Shown here: in pieces, positions 1 to 13,254 of the stretch
Layout of the letters: the number at the start of each line of letters is the position of its first letter
Position numbering within the stretch: the first letter of the stretch is position 1
Source: Eledone cirrhosa
Lineage: Eukaryota
DNA length: 64,000 bases
Assembly (NCBI GenBank): GCA_964016885.1
Contig: OZ024762.1
Coordinates: forward strand, 27,466,001-27,530,000
Reading direction: 5' to 3'
Notes under the pieces: model-generated
The model's input: the letters and a program-made list of their open reading frames with translations, nothing else
Database searches by the model: none
What the model was told of the DNA's origin: nothing
Translations under genes and position numbers: made by a program

Positions 1-3000
1 TAGTGTTGTTGTTGTTGTTGTTGCTAGTGTTGTTGTTGTTGTTGCTAGTGTTGTTATTGTTGTTGCTAGTGTTGTTGTTGTTGCTAGTGTTGTTGTTGTT
101 GTTGCTAGTGTTGTTGTTGTTGCTGGTGTTGTTGTTGTTGTTGCTAGTGTTGTTGTTGTTGTTGCTAGTGTTGTTGTTGTTGTTGTTGCTAGTGTTGTTG
201 TTGTTGCTAGTGTTGTTGTTGTTGTTGCTAGTGTTGTTGTTGTTGTTGCTAGTGTTGTTGTTGTTGTTGTTGCTAGTGTTGTTGTTGTTGTTGCTAGTGT
301 TGTTGTTGTTGTTGCTAGTGTTGTTATTGGTGTTGCTAGTGTTGTTGTTGTTGCTAGTGTTGTTGTTGTTGCTAGTGTTGTTGTTGTTGCTAGTGTTGTT
401 GTTGTTGTTGCTAGTGTTGTTGTTGTTGTTGCTAGTGTTGTTGTTGTTGTTGTTGCTAGTGTTGTTGTTGTTGCTAGTGTTGTTGTTGTTGTTGTTGCTA
501 GTGTTGTTGCTGTTGCTAGTGTTGTTGTTGTTGTTGCTAGTGTTGTTGTTGTTGTTGTTGCTAGTGTTGTTGTTGTTGTTGCTAGTGTTGTTGTTGTTGT
601 TGCTAGTGTTGTTGTTGTTGTTGCTAGTGTTGTTATTGTTGTTGCTAGTGTTGTTGTTGTTGCTAGTGTTGTTGTTGTTGTTGCTAGTGTTGTTGTTGTT
701 GCTAGTGTTGTTGTTGTTGTTGCTAGTGTTGTTGTTGTTGTTGCTAGTGTTGTTGTTGTTGTTGTTGCTAGTGTTGTTGTTGTTGCTAGTGTTGTTGTTG
801 TTGTTGCTAGTGTTGTTGCTGTTGCTAGTGTTGTTGTTGTTGTTGCTAGTGTTGTTGCTGTTGCTAGTGTTGTTGTTGTTGTTGCTAGTGTTGTTGTTGT
901 TGTTGTTGCTAGTGTTCTTGTTCTTGTTGCTAGTGTTGTTGTTGTTGTTGCTAGTGTTGTTGTTGTTGTTGCTAGTGTTGTTGTTGTTGTTGCTAGTGTT
1001 GTTGTTGTTGTTGCTAGTGTTGTTATTGTTGTTGCTAGTGTTGTTGTTGTTGTTGCTAGTGTTCTTGTTGTTGTTGCTAGTGTTGTTGTTGTTGTTAGTG
1101 TTGTTGTTGTTGTTGTTGCTAGTGTTGTTGTTGTTGTTGCTAGTGTTCTTGTTGTTGTTGCTAGTGTTGTTGTTGTTGTTGCTAGTGTTGTTGTTGTTGT
1201 TGTTAGTGTTGTTGTTGTTGTTGTTGCTAGTGTTGTTGTTGTTGTTGCTAGTGTTCTTGTTGTTGTTGCTAGTGTTGTTGTTGTTGTTGCTAGTGTTGTT
1301 GTTGTTGTTGCTAGTGTTGTTGTTGTTGTTGCTAGTGTTCTTGTTGTTGTTGTTGCTAGTGTTGTTGTTGTTGTTGCTAGTGTTGTTGTTGTTGTTGCTA
1401 GTGTTGTTGTTGTTGTTGCTAGTGTTGTTGTTGTTGTTGCTAGTGTTGTTGTTGTTGTTGCTAGTGTTGTTGTTGTTGTTGCTAGTGTTGTTGTTGTTGT
1501 TGTTGCTAGTGTTGTTGTTGTTGCTAGTGTTGTTGTTGTTGTTGCTAGTGTTGTTGTTGTTGTTGCTAGTGTTGTTGTTGTTGTTGTTGCTAGTGTTGTT
1601 GTTGTTGTTGCTAGTGTTGTTGTTGTTGTTGCTAGTGTTGTTGTTGTTGTTGCTAGTGTTGTTATTGTTGTTGCTAGTGTTGTTGTTGTTGCTAGTGTTG
1701 TTGTTGTTGTTGCTAGTGTTGTTGTTGTTGCTAGTGTTGTTGTTGTTGTTGCTAGTGTTGTTGTTGTTGTTGTTGCTAGTGTTGTTGTTGTTGCTAGTGT
1801 TGTTGTTGTTGTTGCTAGTGTTGTTGCTGTTGCTAGTGTTGTTGTTGTTGTTGCTAGTGTTGTTGTTGTTGTTGTTGCTAGTGTTGTTGCTGTTGCTAGT
1901 GTTGTTGTTGTTGTTGCTAGTGTTGTTGTTGTTGTTGTTGCTAGTGTTGTTGCTGTTGCTAGTGTTGTTGTTGTTGTTGCTAGTGTTCTTGTTGTTGTTG
2001 CTAGTGTTGTTGTTGTTGTTGCTAGTGTTGTTGTTGTTGTTGCTAGTGTTGTTGTTGTTGCTAGTGTTGTTGTTGTTGTTGCTAGTGTTGTTATTGTTGT
2101 TGCTAGTGTTGTTGTTGTTGTTGCTAGTGTTCTTGTTGTTGTTGCTAGTGTTGTTGTTGTTGTTGCTAGTGTTGTTGTTGTTGTTGCTAGTGTTGTTGTT
2201 GTTGTTGCTAGTGTTGTTGTTGTTGTTGCTAGTGTTGTTGTTGTTGCTAGTGTTGTTGTTGTTGTTGCTAGTGTTGTTGTTGTTGTTGCTAGTGTTGTTG
2301 TTGTTGTTGCTAGTGTTGTTGTTGTTGCTAGTGTTGTTGTTGCTGTTGCTAGTGTTGTTGTTGTTGTTGCTAGTGTTCTTGTTGTTGTTGTTGCTAGTGT
2401 TGTTGCTTTTGCTAGTGCTGTTGTTGTTGTTGCTAGTGTTCTTGTTGTTGTTGTTGCTAGTGTTGTTGTTGTTGTTGCTAGTGTTGTTGTTGTTGTTGCT
2501 AGTGTTGTTGTTGTTGTTGCTAGTGTTGTTGTTGTTGTTGCTAGTGTTGTTGTTGTTGTTGCTAGTGTTGTTGTTGTTGTTGCTAGTGTTGTTGTTGTTG
2601 TTGTTGCTAGTGTTGTTGTTGTTGCTAGTGTTGTTGTTGTTGTTGCTAGTGTTGTTGCTGTTGCTAGTGTTGTTGTTGTTGTTGCTAGTGTTGTTGTTGT
2701 TGTTGTTGCTAGTGTTGTTGCTGTTGCTAGTGTTGTTGTTGTTGTTGCTAGTGTTCTTGTTGTTGTTGCTAGTGTTGTTGTTGTTGTTGCTAGTGTTGTT
2801 GTTGTTGTTGCTAGTGTTGTTGTTGTTGTTGCTAGTGTTGTTATTGTTGTTGCTAGTGTTGTTGTTGTTGTTGCTAGTGTTCTTGTTGTTGTTGCTAGTG
2901 TTGTTGTTGTTGTTGCTAGTGTTGTTGTTGTTGTTGCTAGTGTTGTTGTTGTTGTTGCTAGTGTTGTTGTTGTTGTTGCTAGTGTTGTTGTTGTTGCTAG

Positions 3001-4860
3001 TGTTGTTGTTGTTGTTGCTAGTGTTGTTGTTGTTGTTGTTGCTAGTGTTGTTGTTGTTGTTGCTAGTGTTGTTGTTGTTGCTAGTGTTGTTGTTGTTGTT
3101 GCTAGTGTTGTTGTTGTTGTTGCTAGTGTTGTTGTTGTTGCTAGTGTTGTTGTTGTTGTTGCTAGTGTTGTTGTTGTTGTTGCTAGTGTTGTTGTTGTTG
3201 TTGCTAGTGTTGTTGCTGTTGCTAGTGTTGTTGTTGTTGTTGCTAGTGTTGTTGTTGTTGCTAGTGTTGCTGTTGTTGTTGCTAGTGTTGTTGTTGTTGC
3301 TAGTGTTGCTGTTGTTGTTGCTAGTGTTGTTGTTGTTGTTGCTAGTGTTGTTGTTGTTGTTGCTAGTGTTGTTGTTGTTGCTAGTGTTGCTGTTGTTGTT
3401 GCTAGTGTTGTTGTTGTTGCTAGTGTTGCTGTTGTTGTTGCTAGTGTTGTTGTTGTTGCTAGTGTTGCTGTTGTTGTTGCTAGTGTTGTTGTTGTTGCTA
3501 GTGTTGTTGTTGTTGTTGCTAGTGTTGTTGTTGTTGTTGCTAGTGTTGTTGCTGTTGCTAGTGTTGTTGTTGTTGTTGCTAGTGTTGTTGTTGTTGCTAG
3601 TGTTGTTGTTGTTGTTGCTAGTGTTGTTGTTGTTGTTGCTAGTGTTGTTGTTGTTGCTAGTGTTGTTGTTGTTGTTGCTAGTGTTGTTGTTGTTGTTGCT
3701 AGTGTTGTTGTTGTTGTTGCTAGTGTTGTTGTTGTTGTTGCTAGTGTTGTTGTTGTTGTTGCTAGTGTTGTTGTTGTTGCTAGTGTTGTTGTTGTTGTTG
3801 CTAGTGTTGTTGTTGTTGTTGCTAGTGTTGTTGTTGTTGTTGTTGCTAGTGTTGTTGTTGTTGTTGCTAGTGTTGTTGTTGTTGTTGCTAGTGTTGTTGT
3901 TGCTAGTGTTGTTGTTGCTAGTGTTGTTGTTGTTGTTAGTGTTGTTGTTGTTGTTGCTAGTGTTGTTGTTGTTGTTAGTGTTGTTGTTGTTGCTAGTGTT
4001 GTTGTTGTTGCTAGTGTTGTTGTTGTTGTTGCTAGTGTTGTTGTTGCTAGTGTTGTTGTTGCTAGTGTTGTTGTTGTTGTTAGTGTTGTTGTTGTTGTTG
4101 CTAGTGTTGTTGTTGTTGTTAGTGTTGTTGTTGTTGTTGCTAGTGTTGTTGTTGTTGTTGCTAGTGTTGTTGTTGTTGTTGCTAGTGTTGTTGTTGTTGT
4201 TGCTAGTGTTGTTGTTGTTGTTGCTAGTGTTGTTGTTGTTGTTGTTACTAGTGTTGTTGTTATTGTTGCTAGTGTTGTTGTTGTTGTTGTTGCTACTGTT
4301 GTTGTTGTTGTTGCTAGTGTTGTTGTTGTTGCTAGTGTTGTTGTTGTTGTTGCTAGTGCTGTTATTGTTGCTAGTGTTGTTGTTGTTGCTAGTGTTGTTG
4401 TTGCTGTTGCTAGTGTTGTTGTTGTTGTTGCGAGTGTTGTTATTGTTGCTAGTGTTGTTGTTGCTAGTGTTGTTGTTGTTGTTGCGAGTGTTGTTATTGT
4501 TGCTAGTGTTGTTGTTGCTAGTGTTGTTGTTGTTGTTGCTAGTGTTGTTGTTGTTGTTGCTAGTGTTGTTGTTGTTGTTGCTAGTGTTGTTGTTGTTGTT
4601 GTTACTAGTGTTGTTGTTATTGTTGCTAGTGTTGTTGTTGTTGTTGTTGCTAGTGTTGTTGTTGTTGTTGCTAGTGTTGTTGTTGTTGCTAGTGTTGTTG
4701 TTGTTGTTGCTAGTGTTGTTATTGTTGCTAGTGTTGTTGTTGTTGCTAGTGTTGTTGTTGCTGTTGCTAGTGTTGTTGTTGTTGTTGCGAGTGTTGTTAT
4801 TGTTGCTAGTGTTGTTGTTGCTAGTGTTGTTGTTGTTGCTAGTGTTGTTGTTGTTGCTAG

Positions 4861-4912
<52 letters not shown>

Positions 4913-4975
4913 ACTGTTGTTACTGTTGTTACTGTTGTTGTTATAGTTGTTACTGTTGTTGTTATAGTTGTTATT
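1..4975. repeat. Compound satellite: (GTT)3-7 units punctuated by GCTAGT (modal unit ~21 bp), decaying to pure (GTT)n at the right end
   Basis: Directly visible. The 1647-aa poly-L/V ORF is a translation artefact of the triplet periodicity. Confidence 0.97.
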
Positions 4976-5089
4976 ATAGTTAAAACTGCCCAAGTTTCTG
5001 TTGTTTGTTGTTGTTGCAGTTGTATTTAAAAAAACGTTCTTATTCAATAGAGATAGATGCAAAACAATAAATAATCCTACGAAATATGT

Positions 5090-5207
5090 GGATGTATATA
5101 TATATATATATATATATTGACGTATACAAATATACATATATATATATATATGTATATATGTATATTTATATATATAAATATATATATACATATATACATA
5201 TATATAC

Positions 5208-5262
<55 letters not shown>

Positions 5263-5275
5263 TGTATATATATAT

Positions 5276-5362
<87 letters not shown>

Positions 5363-5625
5363 ATGTGTATATATATATATATATTTTATATGTGTATATA
5401 TGTGTATTTTACATATATGTATGTATATATATGTATATATTTTATATAAATATGTATATGTATGTGTATTTTATATATATATATATGTATGTTTTATGTG
5501 TGTATATATTTTATGTATGTATATATTTTATGTATATATATATATTGTATATATGTGTATGTTCTGTGTATATATATATATTTTATATATATATATGCTT
5601 GTGCGAACATACATACATACATACA

Positions 5626-5660
<35 letters not shown>

Positions 5661-5700
5661 GCACAACTGTATGGATTTGTGTGTGTAGATGTGTGTGTTT
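5090..5700. repeat. (TA)n/(TACA)n/(TG)n compound microsatellite, representative of dozens of such tracts (e.g. 6370-7240, 30100-31610, 33835-34170, 38490-43800, 59620-60410)
   Basis: Directly visible. All YI/CV/HT-rich ORFs in the track derive from these tracts. Confidence 0.98.
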
Positions 5701-6017
5701 GAGGGGGTAGGTGTGAGTGTATGTACAAGTCAACCATCATAAACCTTTTATTTCTAAATTTTCTAAACTATCTAAGTATTGAACTCTAACCAATATTTTA
5801 AGTATTACCACCCCACATTTTGTATGTGTGGATGTGTGTGTGTGTCTGTGGAGGTGGATGTGAGTGTACGTGCAAGCCAACCTACATAAGTCTTTTTATT
5901 TGCAAATTTTCTACTCTAACCATAATTTTCAGTAGCACCACTCCACATAAATTCCTCAATTTAAGAATGACCTGTAGTGTCTATTTCATACTATTAACCT
6001 TAATTGAATATATATAT

Positions 6018-6371
6018 GACCAGGAATGCTTTTTGTGAAAATCAGTCATATGGAACTTTTGTCATCTTGCCTGACGGTTTGAACTTTACAACACCACCTG
6101 CCTCTTTGAAGTCAAATACCAACCCTACTAGCATCTACAAACTGACCAATGAGAGTTAAGACTATTCCTGCTGACAACATTAAATTATTCGTTACAAGCT
6201 CATATGTGCCAAGGCCCTGATACCATCAACACTATAAACACAGAGCTCGCATATCTAAGAACTGACTAACTGCCTGATGAGGTCATAGTCATTCAATGGC
6301 TATCATCGAAATATATATAGCAGTAAATAAAGGATTATAAAGTTCATGCAATTGACTTATGTTTCGTCACT
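6018..6371 (+). mobile_element. 3' remnant of a Penelope-like element (ORF tail ..LPDGLN + pseudo-LTR with HHR) inserted in (TA)n; shorter second copy at 35482-35645
   Basis: PDGLN-like PLE C-terminal motif near 6067-6084. HHR followed by AATAAA. The last ~165 bp are nearly identical to 35482-35645. Confidence 0.7.
6269..6324 (+). ncRNA. Minimal type I hammerhead ribozyme
   Basis: ACTGC-CTGATGA-[stem II ATAGTCATT/AATGGCTAT]-GAAA-TATATA-TA-GCAGT; palindromic stem III. Confidence 0.85.
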
Positions 6372-6402
6372 ATATATATATATATATAAATATATATATA
6401 TG

Positions 6403-6437
<35 letters not shown>

Positions 6438-6551
6438 GTACATATATATATATGTATATATGTATATATGTATATTTATTTATATATATTATACATATAT
6501 TATACATTTATATATATATATATATATAAATGTATATTTATATATATATAT

Positions 6552-6660
<109 letters not shown>

Positions 6661-6860
6661 TACGTACATATATACAGGTGTTAGATGAACAAGATATAAA
6701 TTGTAGATGTTTATGTGAGAATCAAACAAACACTTGCAAAATAACTGAGAAGACGAATGTGAAAAACCAATTTAGCATATATATATATATGTGTGTGTGT
6801 GTTTGTGTGTGTGTATATATATGTATGTATATATGTGTATGTATATATATATATATGTAT

Positions 6861-6898
<38 letters not shown>

Positions 6899-6902
6899 GT
6901 AC

Positions 6903-6933
<31 letters not shown>

Positions 6934-6934
6934 C

Positions 6935-6981
<47 letters not shown>

Positions 6982-6997
6982 CATATATATATATGTA

Positions 6998-7064
<67 letters not shown>

Positions 7065-7108
7065 GTACATATATATATATGTATATTTATGTGTATATAT
7101 ATATATAC

Positions 7109-7181
<73 letters not shown>

Positions 7182-7488
7182 AACACACACATACACATAC
7201 ACACACATGCGCAGACACACATACACACACACACATACACATACAGAAGAAAAAGAATTATTTCCAGAAAACTATTTAGAATAAACAAAGGAACGAACAA
7301 CAAAAAGAAAAGATAACTAATGGAAAAAATGTGTTTAAAAAAAACTAACCGAAAATTCTTGTTTATTTTCACAAATTGACAGATGAGGCTATATAAATAT
7401 ATATTTATCGATAATTTCTCCTTCTAAACAGTCACATGGTAATGTTATTTAGCTGGGGATGGGGTTTTTTGTGTTTTTTTCACTTGTA

Positions 7489-7520
<32 letters not shown>

Positions 7521-7525
7521 ATGTA

Positions 7526-7586
<61 letters not shown>

Positions 7587-7667
7587 GCATATATGTATTT
7601 TCATATATATAAGTATATATGTATATACATATATACATACACATATATATATATGCATATATATATA

Positions 7668-7734
<67 letters not shown>

Positions 7735-7749
7735 CTTTCCATATTTCTT

Positions 7750-7888
7750 TTTAACGTATGTTAACGTATGTTGATGCCCTAAGGACAGACACTGGTCTGT
7801 TGGAGATGCAGGATATGGCAGCGATAATGAGGGACAGAGACCGCTGGAGAGAACTCGTCCATGGATCTCGGGAATTTTACCCGCCTTA
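7750..7888 (+). mobile_element. 3'-terminal fragment of an RTE-like LINE
   Basis: Translates to TYVDALRTDTGLLEMQDMAAIMRDRDRWRELV..., the typical RTE C-terminal DR..WR motif. Confidence 0.6.
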
Positions 7889-7952
7889 GATATATATATA
7901 TATATGAGTGTGTGTGTGTTTACATATGTAAATACATAAATACATGCATATA

Positions 7953-8590
<638 letters not shown>

Positions 8591-8670
8591 AAGCGAGGAA
8601 AGGGCGAGATAGATAGATACGTAGATAGATAGACAGGCAGGAAGACAGACAGACTGACAGATAGATAGAT

Positions 8671-9530
8671 ATGTTTCTTTTATTTGCCACAAGGGCATCA
8701 AAAGTGGGACAAGTACAATGGGGGGAGTTTACAAAACAAGGCGTCCTCAATAGGGAGGAGGCAATAACAATATATAAAAATAAAATAAAATATAACAAAA
8801 AATAGAATTATAACAAAATCCTCAATAGAGAGGAGGCGCCTTGGGGGGTCGCACACACCCCCGAAAAAGTGTGCAACCCTTTTCCTCAGGAGCACAGAGA
8901 AGGGGTGCTCCCTTGGTCTTTCATCTTCCTCACCTATAGTCTGATGTAGAGTGAAGGCCCATTCACACGGGCCATTCTCGCCACTTTCACCCACCTTTCA
9001 TAAAAACGACTGGGGTGCAGCACCTCTCTCTCCATCCTGATCCTTCTTCCGAAATGATATCGGAAGAAACGGACCAGTTGTTGGCCAGAGAGAAAGGTGC
9101 CTGACCACAGTCCTTTCAGACGCGTCCACCATACAACCTCTTTCGCCATCGCTATTACGCACAGAAACACCGCCTCTGCTTCATCTTTGAAGGGGGAAGG
9201 CGGCTTGATCATTACAATAGACTCGGTGGTCAACCGGATCGGTCCCACCCTTGACAGCAGTTGTTCGACATAGCCCCACAGATCGGCTACGCCCGAGCAG
9301 TGTACCAATGCGTGTGCAACGGTTTCCTCGTCGCACACGCATCTGGGACAGATCTTTTTGGCGGGGTCCCTGCCCGGGCGCCCGTGTCTGTAGAGCCTTT
9401 CTCGAACGGGTAAAGCCCCTCGGTAGCACTGCCAGGCCAGGGACTTCTGGAAGTTGTCCATAGGTCCCGGGCTGAATGTCCTACCGAACAGGCCGGCCAG
9501 TTCGTCCTCCTCCATGTCTAGGGCTTCTCC
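8671..9530 (-). mobile_element. 5'-truncated Tx1/L1-clade LINE (ORF2 C-terminal Cys/His domain + 3'UTR)
   Basis: ORF 8934-9551 has LAWQCYRGALPV..CPRCVCDEETVAHALVHC (zf-RVT). AATAAA tail. (AGAT)n on both sides. 3' part nearly identical to 21725-22096. Confidence 0.88.
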
Positions 9531-10209
9531 GATAGATAGATAGGCAGGCAAACTGACAGACTGGCTGACGGACTGACGGTGTCGACATTCGCTTTTCCTT
9601 TAGATACGTAGCGTAGAAAAGAGAGTGTGGCATTGGTAGGCGACTCCTGGTCTTCCACAAAACACCTTGACCAGCCTTGCACCTTGCCGAGGAGTGTTTC
9701 TCTTGCAAACTCAACCCTTTGTCATTCAAGACGGAAGGTAACAGTAATATATGAACACTTTCAACTGAAGACAATGTCTTCAAACGATGCCGACGTTTAG
9801 AAGTTTGGTAATTTTATTCAAACAGTAGCTTCGTTTGTTTCGTCGAGTTTAAGCAGTATCTTACGTGAATAAAATGGTTAAAAGTGAAACAACAGAATTT
9901 ATAAAACAACAATAAAGATACAAAGAACAAAAAACGATTTATCTTGTGAAAGAAATATAAGAAATATTTATACAGCTTCCCTGAAGAGTTTTAGAAATTC
10001 GACATTACTCACGTGGGAGGAGGGAAATAGTAAGGTAATTTCCACCTCGTCCCCTGCTCTTCCATGCTCCGCACTCCTATCCCATTTGATCAATAAATTA
10101 TATATATATACATATCTGTGCATATATATATATATATATATACACATATGTATGTGTGTATATATATATATATATGCATTCACGCACATACAAAAAAAAC
10201 ACACACACA

Positions 10210-10275
<66 letters not shown>

Positions 10276-10499
10276 GGTGTGTGTGTGTTTTTTTTGTATG
10301 TGCGTGAATGCACAAATGCATAATATATCATATGTACGTAAACACACCAAGTTTTGCTTGGAGGATTGGAGAATTTTGTGCGTTGGTGAAGTATAAAGTT
10401 CAAGAGATCACGTGACCAGTTAACTTGTATGTATTTCAAGTTTTTTCTCTTCTTTTCACTGAAGAGGCAATGAATAGGCAGTTTTGTTAGAATTTACAA

Positions 10500-11030
10500 T
10501 GAAATGCTTTGTGGTATTCGTTTCGGCTCTCTTCTCTCTGAGTTTAAATCCCACCGACGTCAACTTTGAATTTCATCCATTCTAGGTCGATATAAAAAGG
10601 TACCAGTCTAGTACTGGGGTCGATTCTTCCTCTATATCTCTTTCTCACATCCTTTCTCTCACTCTCTCTGTCATTCTCTGGAAGAAATCTGCTGTATTCA
10701 GACCTGGAGAGGGATGGGCTCCGCCAGGTTTAAAATACCATAGAAACGTTGTATGTCCAAATGGCGCCCCGTATGACTAACTCAGGAGTTACATGACCAT
10801 ACATACAGAAAAAATATAATACCAGTCTAGTACTGGGGTCGATTTTTCCTCTATATCTCTTTCATCCTCTATATCTGTTTCTCACTTCCTCCCACTCTGC
10901 TTCTCTGAAAGAAATCTGCTGTATTCAGACCTGGAGAGGGGATGGGCTCCACCAGGTTTTAAAATGATCCCAGAAACACCGTATGGTGCTCCGTATGACT
11001 ACCTCAGCAGTTACAGGGACCATACATTGA
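10500..11030 (+). repeat. Degenerate SINE followed by a ~200-bp tandem duplication (10601-10810 / 10820-11025)
   Basis: GAGTTTAAATCCCACCGA B-box-like start; TACCAGTCTAGTACTGGGGTCGAT...CAGACCTGGAGAGGG occurs twice. Confidence 0.6.
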
Positions 11031-11039
11031 GACAAATAT

Positions 11040-11222
11040 AATTGTTTCTACTGTTGGCACAAGGCCAGCAATCACACCAGTACATTACTGGTACTTTATT
11101 TTATCGACCCCGTAAGGATGAAAGGCAAAGTTAACCTTGGCATGATTTGAACTCAGAACGTAAAGGGGTGTAACTCTATGCTGCAAAGCATGGTATCCGA
11201 CGCTCTACCGATTCTGCCAATA
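11040..11222 (-). mobile_element. tRNA-derived SINE (octopus-type family); other copies at 15212-15373, 27280-27400, 36028-36315, 36585-36700, 36715-36900
   Basis: A-box-like TTGGCAGAATCGGTAGAGCG, B-box GAGTTCAAATC, body CTTTGCCTTTCATCCTTACGGGGTCGATAAAATAAAGTACCAG, (ATT)n tail. Confidence 0.85.
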
Positions 11223-11231
11223 CAATAATGA

Positions 11232-11267
11232 TACTACTACTACTACTATTATTACTACTACTACTAT

Positions 11268-11306
<39 letters not shown>

Positions 11307-12180
11307 GACGACGACGACGACGACGGCTCCTACGACTACTACTACTACCACCAATACTACTACTACCACCATTACTACTACTACCACCACCACCAATACT
11401 ATTACTAACACCATTACTAATACTACCACCACCACCAATACTACTACTACCACCATTACTACTACTACCACCACCACCAATACTATTACTACCACCATTA
11501 CTTCTACTACTACTACATCCACCACTACTACTACCACCACCACCACTACCACTACCACCAACACCAACAGCACCACTCCCACTACTACCACTACCACTAC
11601 TACTACCATTACTACCACTACCACTACTACTACCACCACTAACATACTACTGCTACCACAACTACCACTACCACTACCACCACTAATACTACCACTACCA
11701 CCACCACTACTACCACCAACACCAACACTACCACTACCACCAACACCACCACCACTACCACCACTATCACCACCACTACTACCACCAACACCACCACTAC
11801 CACCAACACCACCACTACCACCACCACCACTACCACCACCACCACTATTACCACTACCACCAACACTACCACCACTACCACCACGACTACTACCATCAAC
11901 ACCACCACTACCACTACCACCACCACTACCACTATCTCTACCACCACCACTACTACTACCACTACCACCACCATCACTACCACCATCACCGCAACCACCA
12001 CTACCACCACCACTACCACCACCACCACTACCACTACCACCACTACCACTACCACTACCACCACCACTACTACCACCACCACCACTACTACTACCACTAC
12101 CACCACGACCACTACCACCATCACCACAACCACTACTACCACCACCACCACTACCACTACCACTACCACTACTACTACTC
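11232..12180. repeat. (ACT)n/(ACC)n compound trinucleotide repeat
   Basis: Directly visible. The Gly/Ser/Val-rich ORFs are artefacts. Confidence 0.95.
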
Positions 12181-12478
12181 GGATAGAGGCGAAATTGGTT
12201 GTTTGTTCTAAAGAAAATATATTTTATCTTGTATCGTTGTATCATGTGATGTTCAAAGAAAGTAACGACAATATTTCAGTTGGTTTCATTGACACAACAA
12301 CATTCCTTTCAGCTTGTGAGAGAAAGACTAATGCAATGTTCTGCCTCACTTAACTGGCCGGATGTGGAATGTACAATGTTTCTCTCTAGTAAAAGAGGAA
12401 GAATTAGATTTACAAACAGTTTGATTCTTTTGATTTTCGTTTTTTTTTCGTTTCTTTTTGCGTTTTGTTTCTTTATTG

Positions 12479-12559
<81 letters not shown>

Positions 12560-13188
12560 TGTGTGTCTGTATGTCTCTGTGTCTGTATGTCTCTGTGTCT
12601 GTGTGTGTGGGGGTGGGTGGGAGTGGGTGTATCTGTGTGTGTGTGTGTGTGTGATTTTTAACTTTTAACTTTTAACAGTTCAGTTGTTAGAAAATGTTTT
12701 TGAAATAGGAAAGAGCCAGCAATATCGATGGGAGAGAGCGCAAACAAAAGGTTTTAGATAATATATTTTATTTAGATATATTTATTTATTTGTGTGTTTA
12801 TGTTCAAATGTTTTCAGTTTCTTACTAATCATGTTTATGGAAGTAAATCTACTTCAAATGCCGCTATCATAAATGGAACTTAAATGTTAATGGTCTGTCC
12901 CTCCTCGTGCTCCCGGTCAACATGATAAAGAAGATATTGACACCACCCGGAGAAAGGCGAGGGAGATGCCATGCTTATGGAGAAACAGGCGCACACGGTA
13001 AACAACGAAGGCCACGTGTTGTCCTTCTCCGACACAACTCTTTCCTCTCGGAAAACCCCTCCCCTTCTGTTGATGGATGTGAAATCCGAAATATAGGGAC
13101 TATTAAATAGCCGCCAATGTGACTCTATCTCGTGTTATTATTTTTTACATTTTTCCTGCGTTCTTTTACGCTTGCATCTCTCTCTCTC

Positions 13189-13237
<49 letters not shown>

Positions 13238-13254
13238 GTCTCTCTCTCTCAATA

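Noticed and set aside
3-4946. 1647-aa Leu/Val ORF
   Set aside because: Translation of a triplet satellite, with no real start context or complexity.
11205-12245. Gly/Ser-rich 346-aa ORF resembling a structural protein
   Set aside because: Derived from (GGT/AGT)n repeats and runs into a SINE.
12895-12970. HDV-like ribozyme suggested by CCTCCTCGTG and a hairpin
   Set aside because: Could not build P1/P2/P3 nested pseudoknot pairings.
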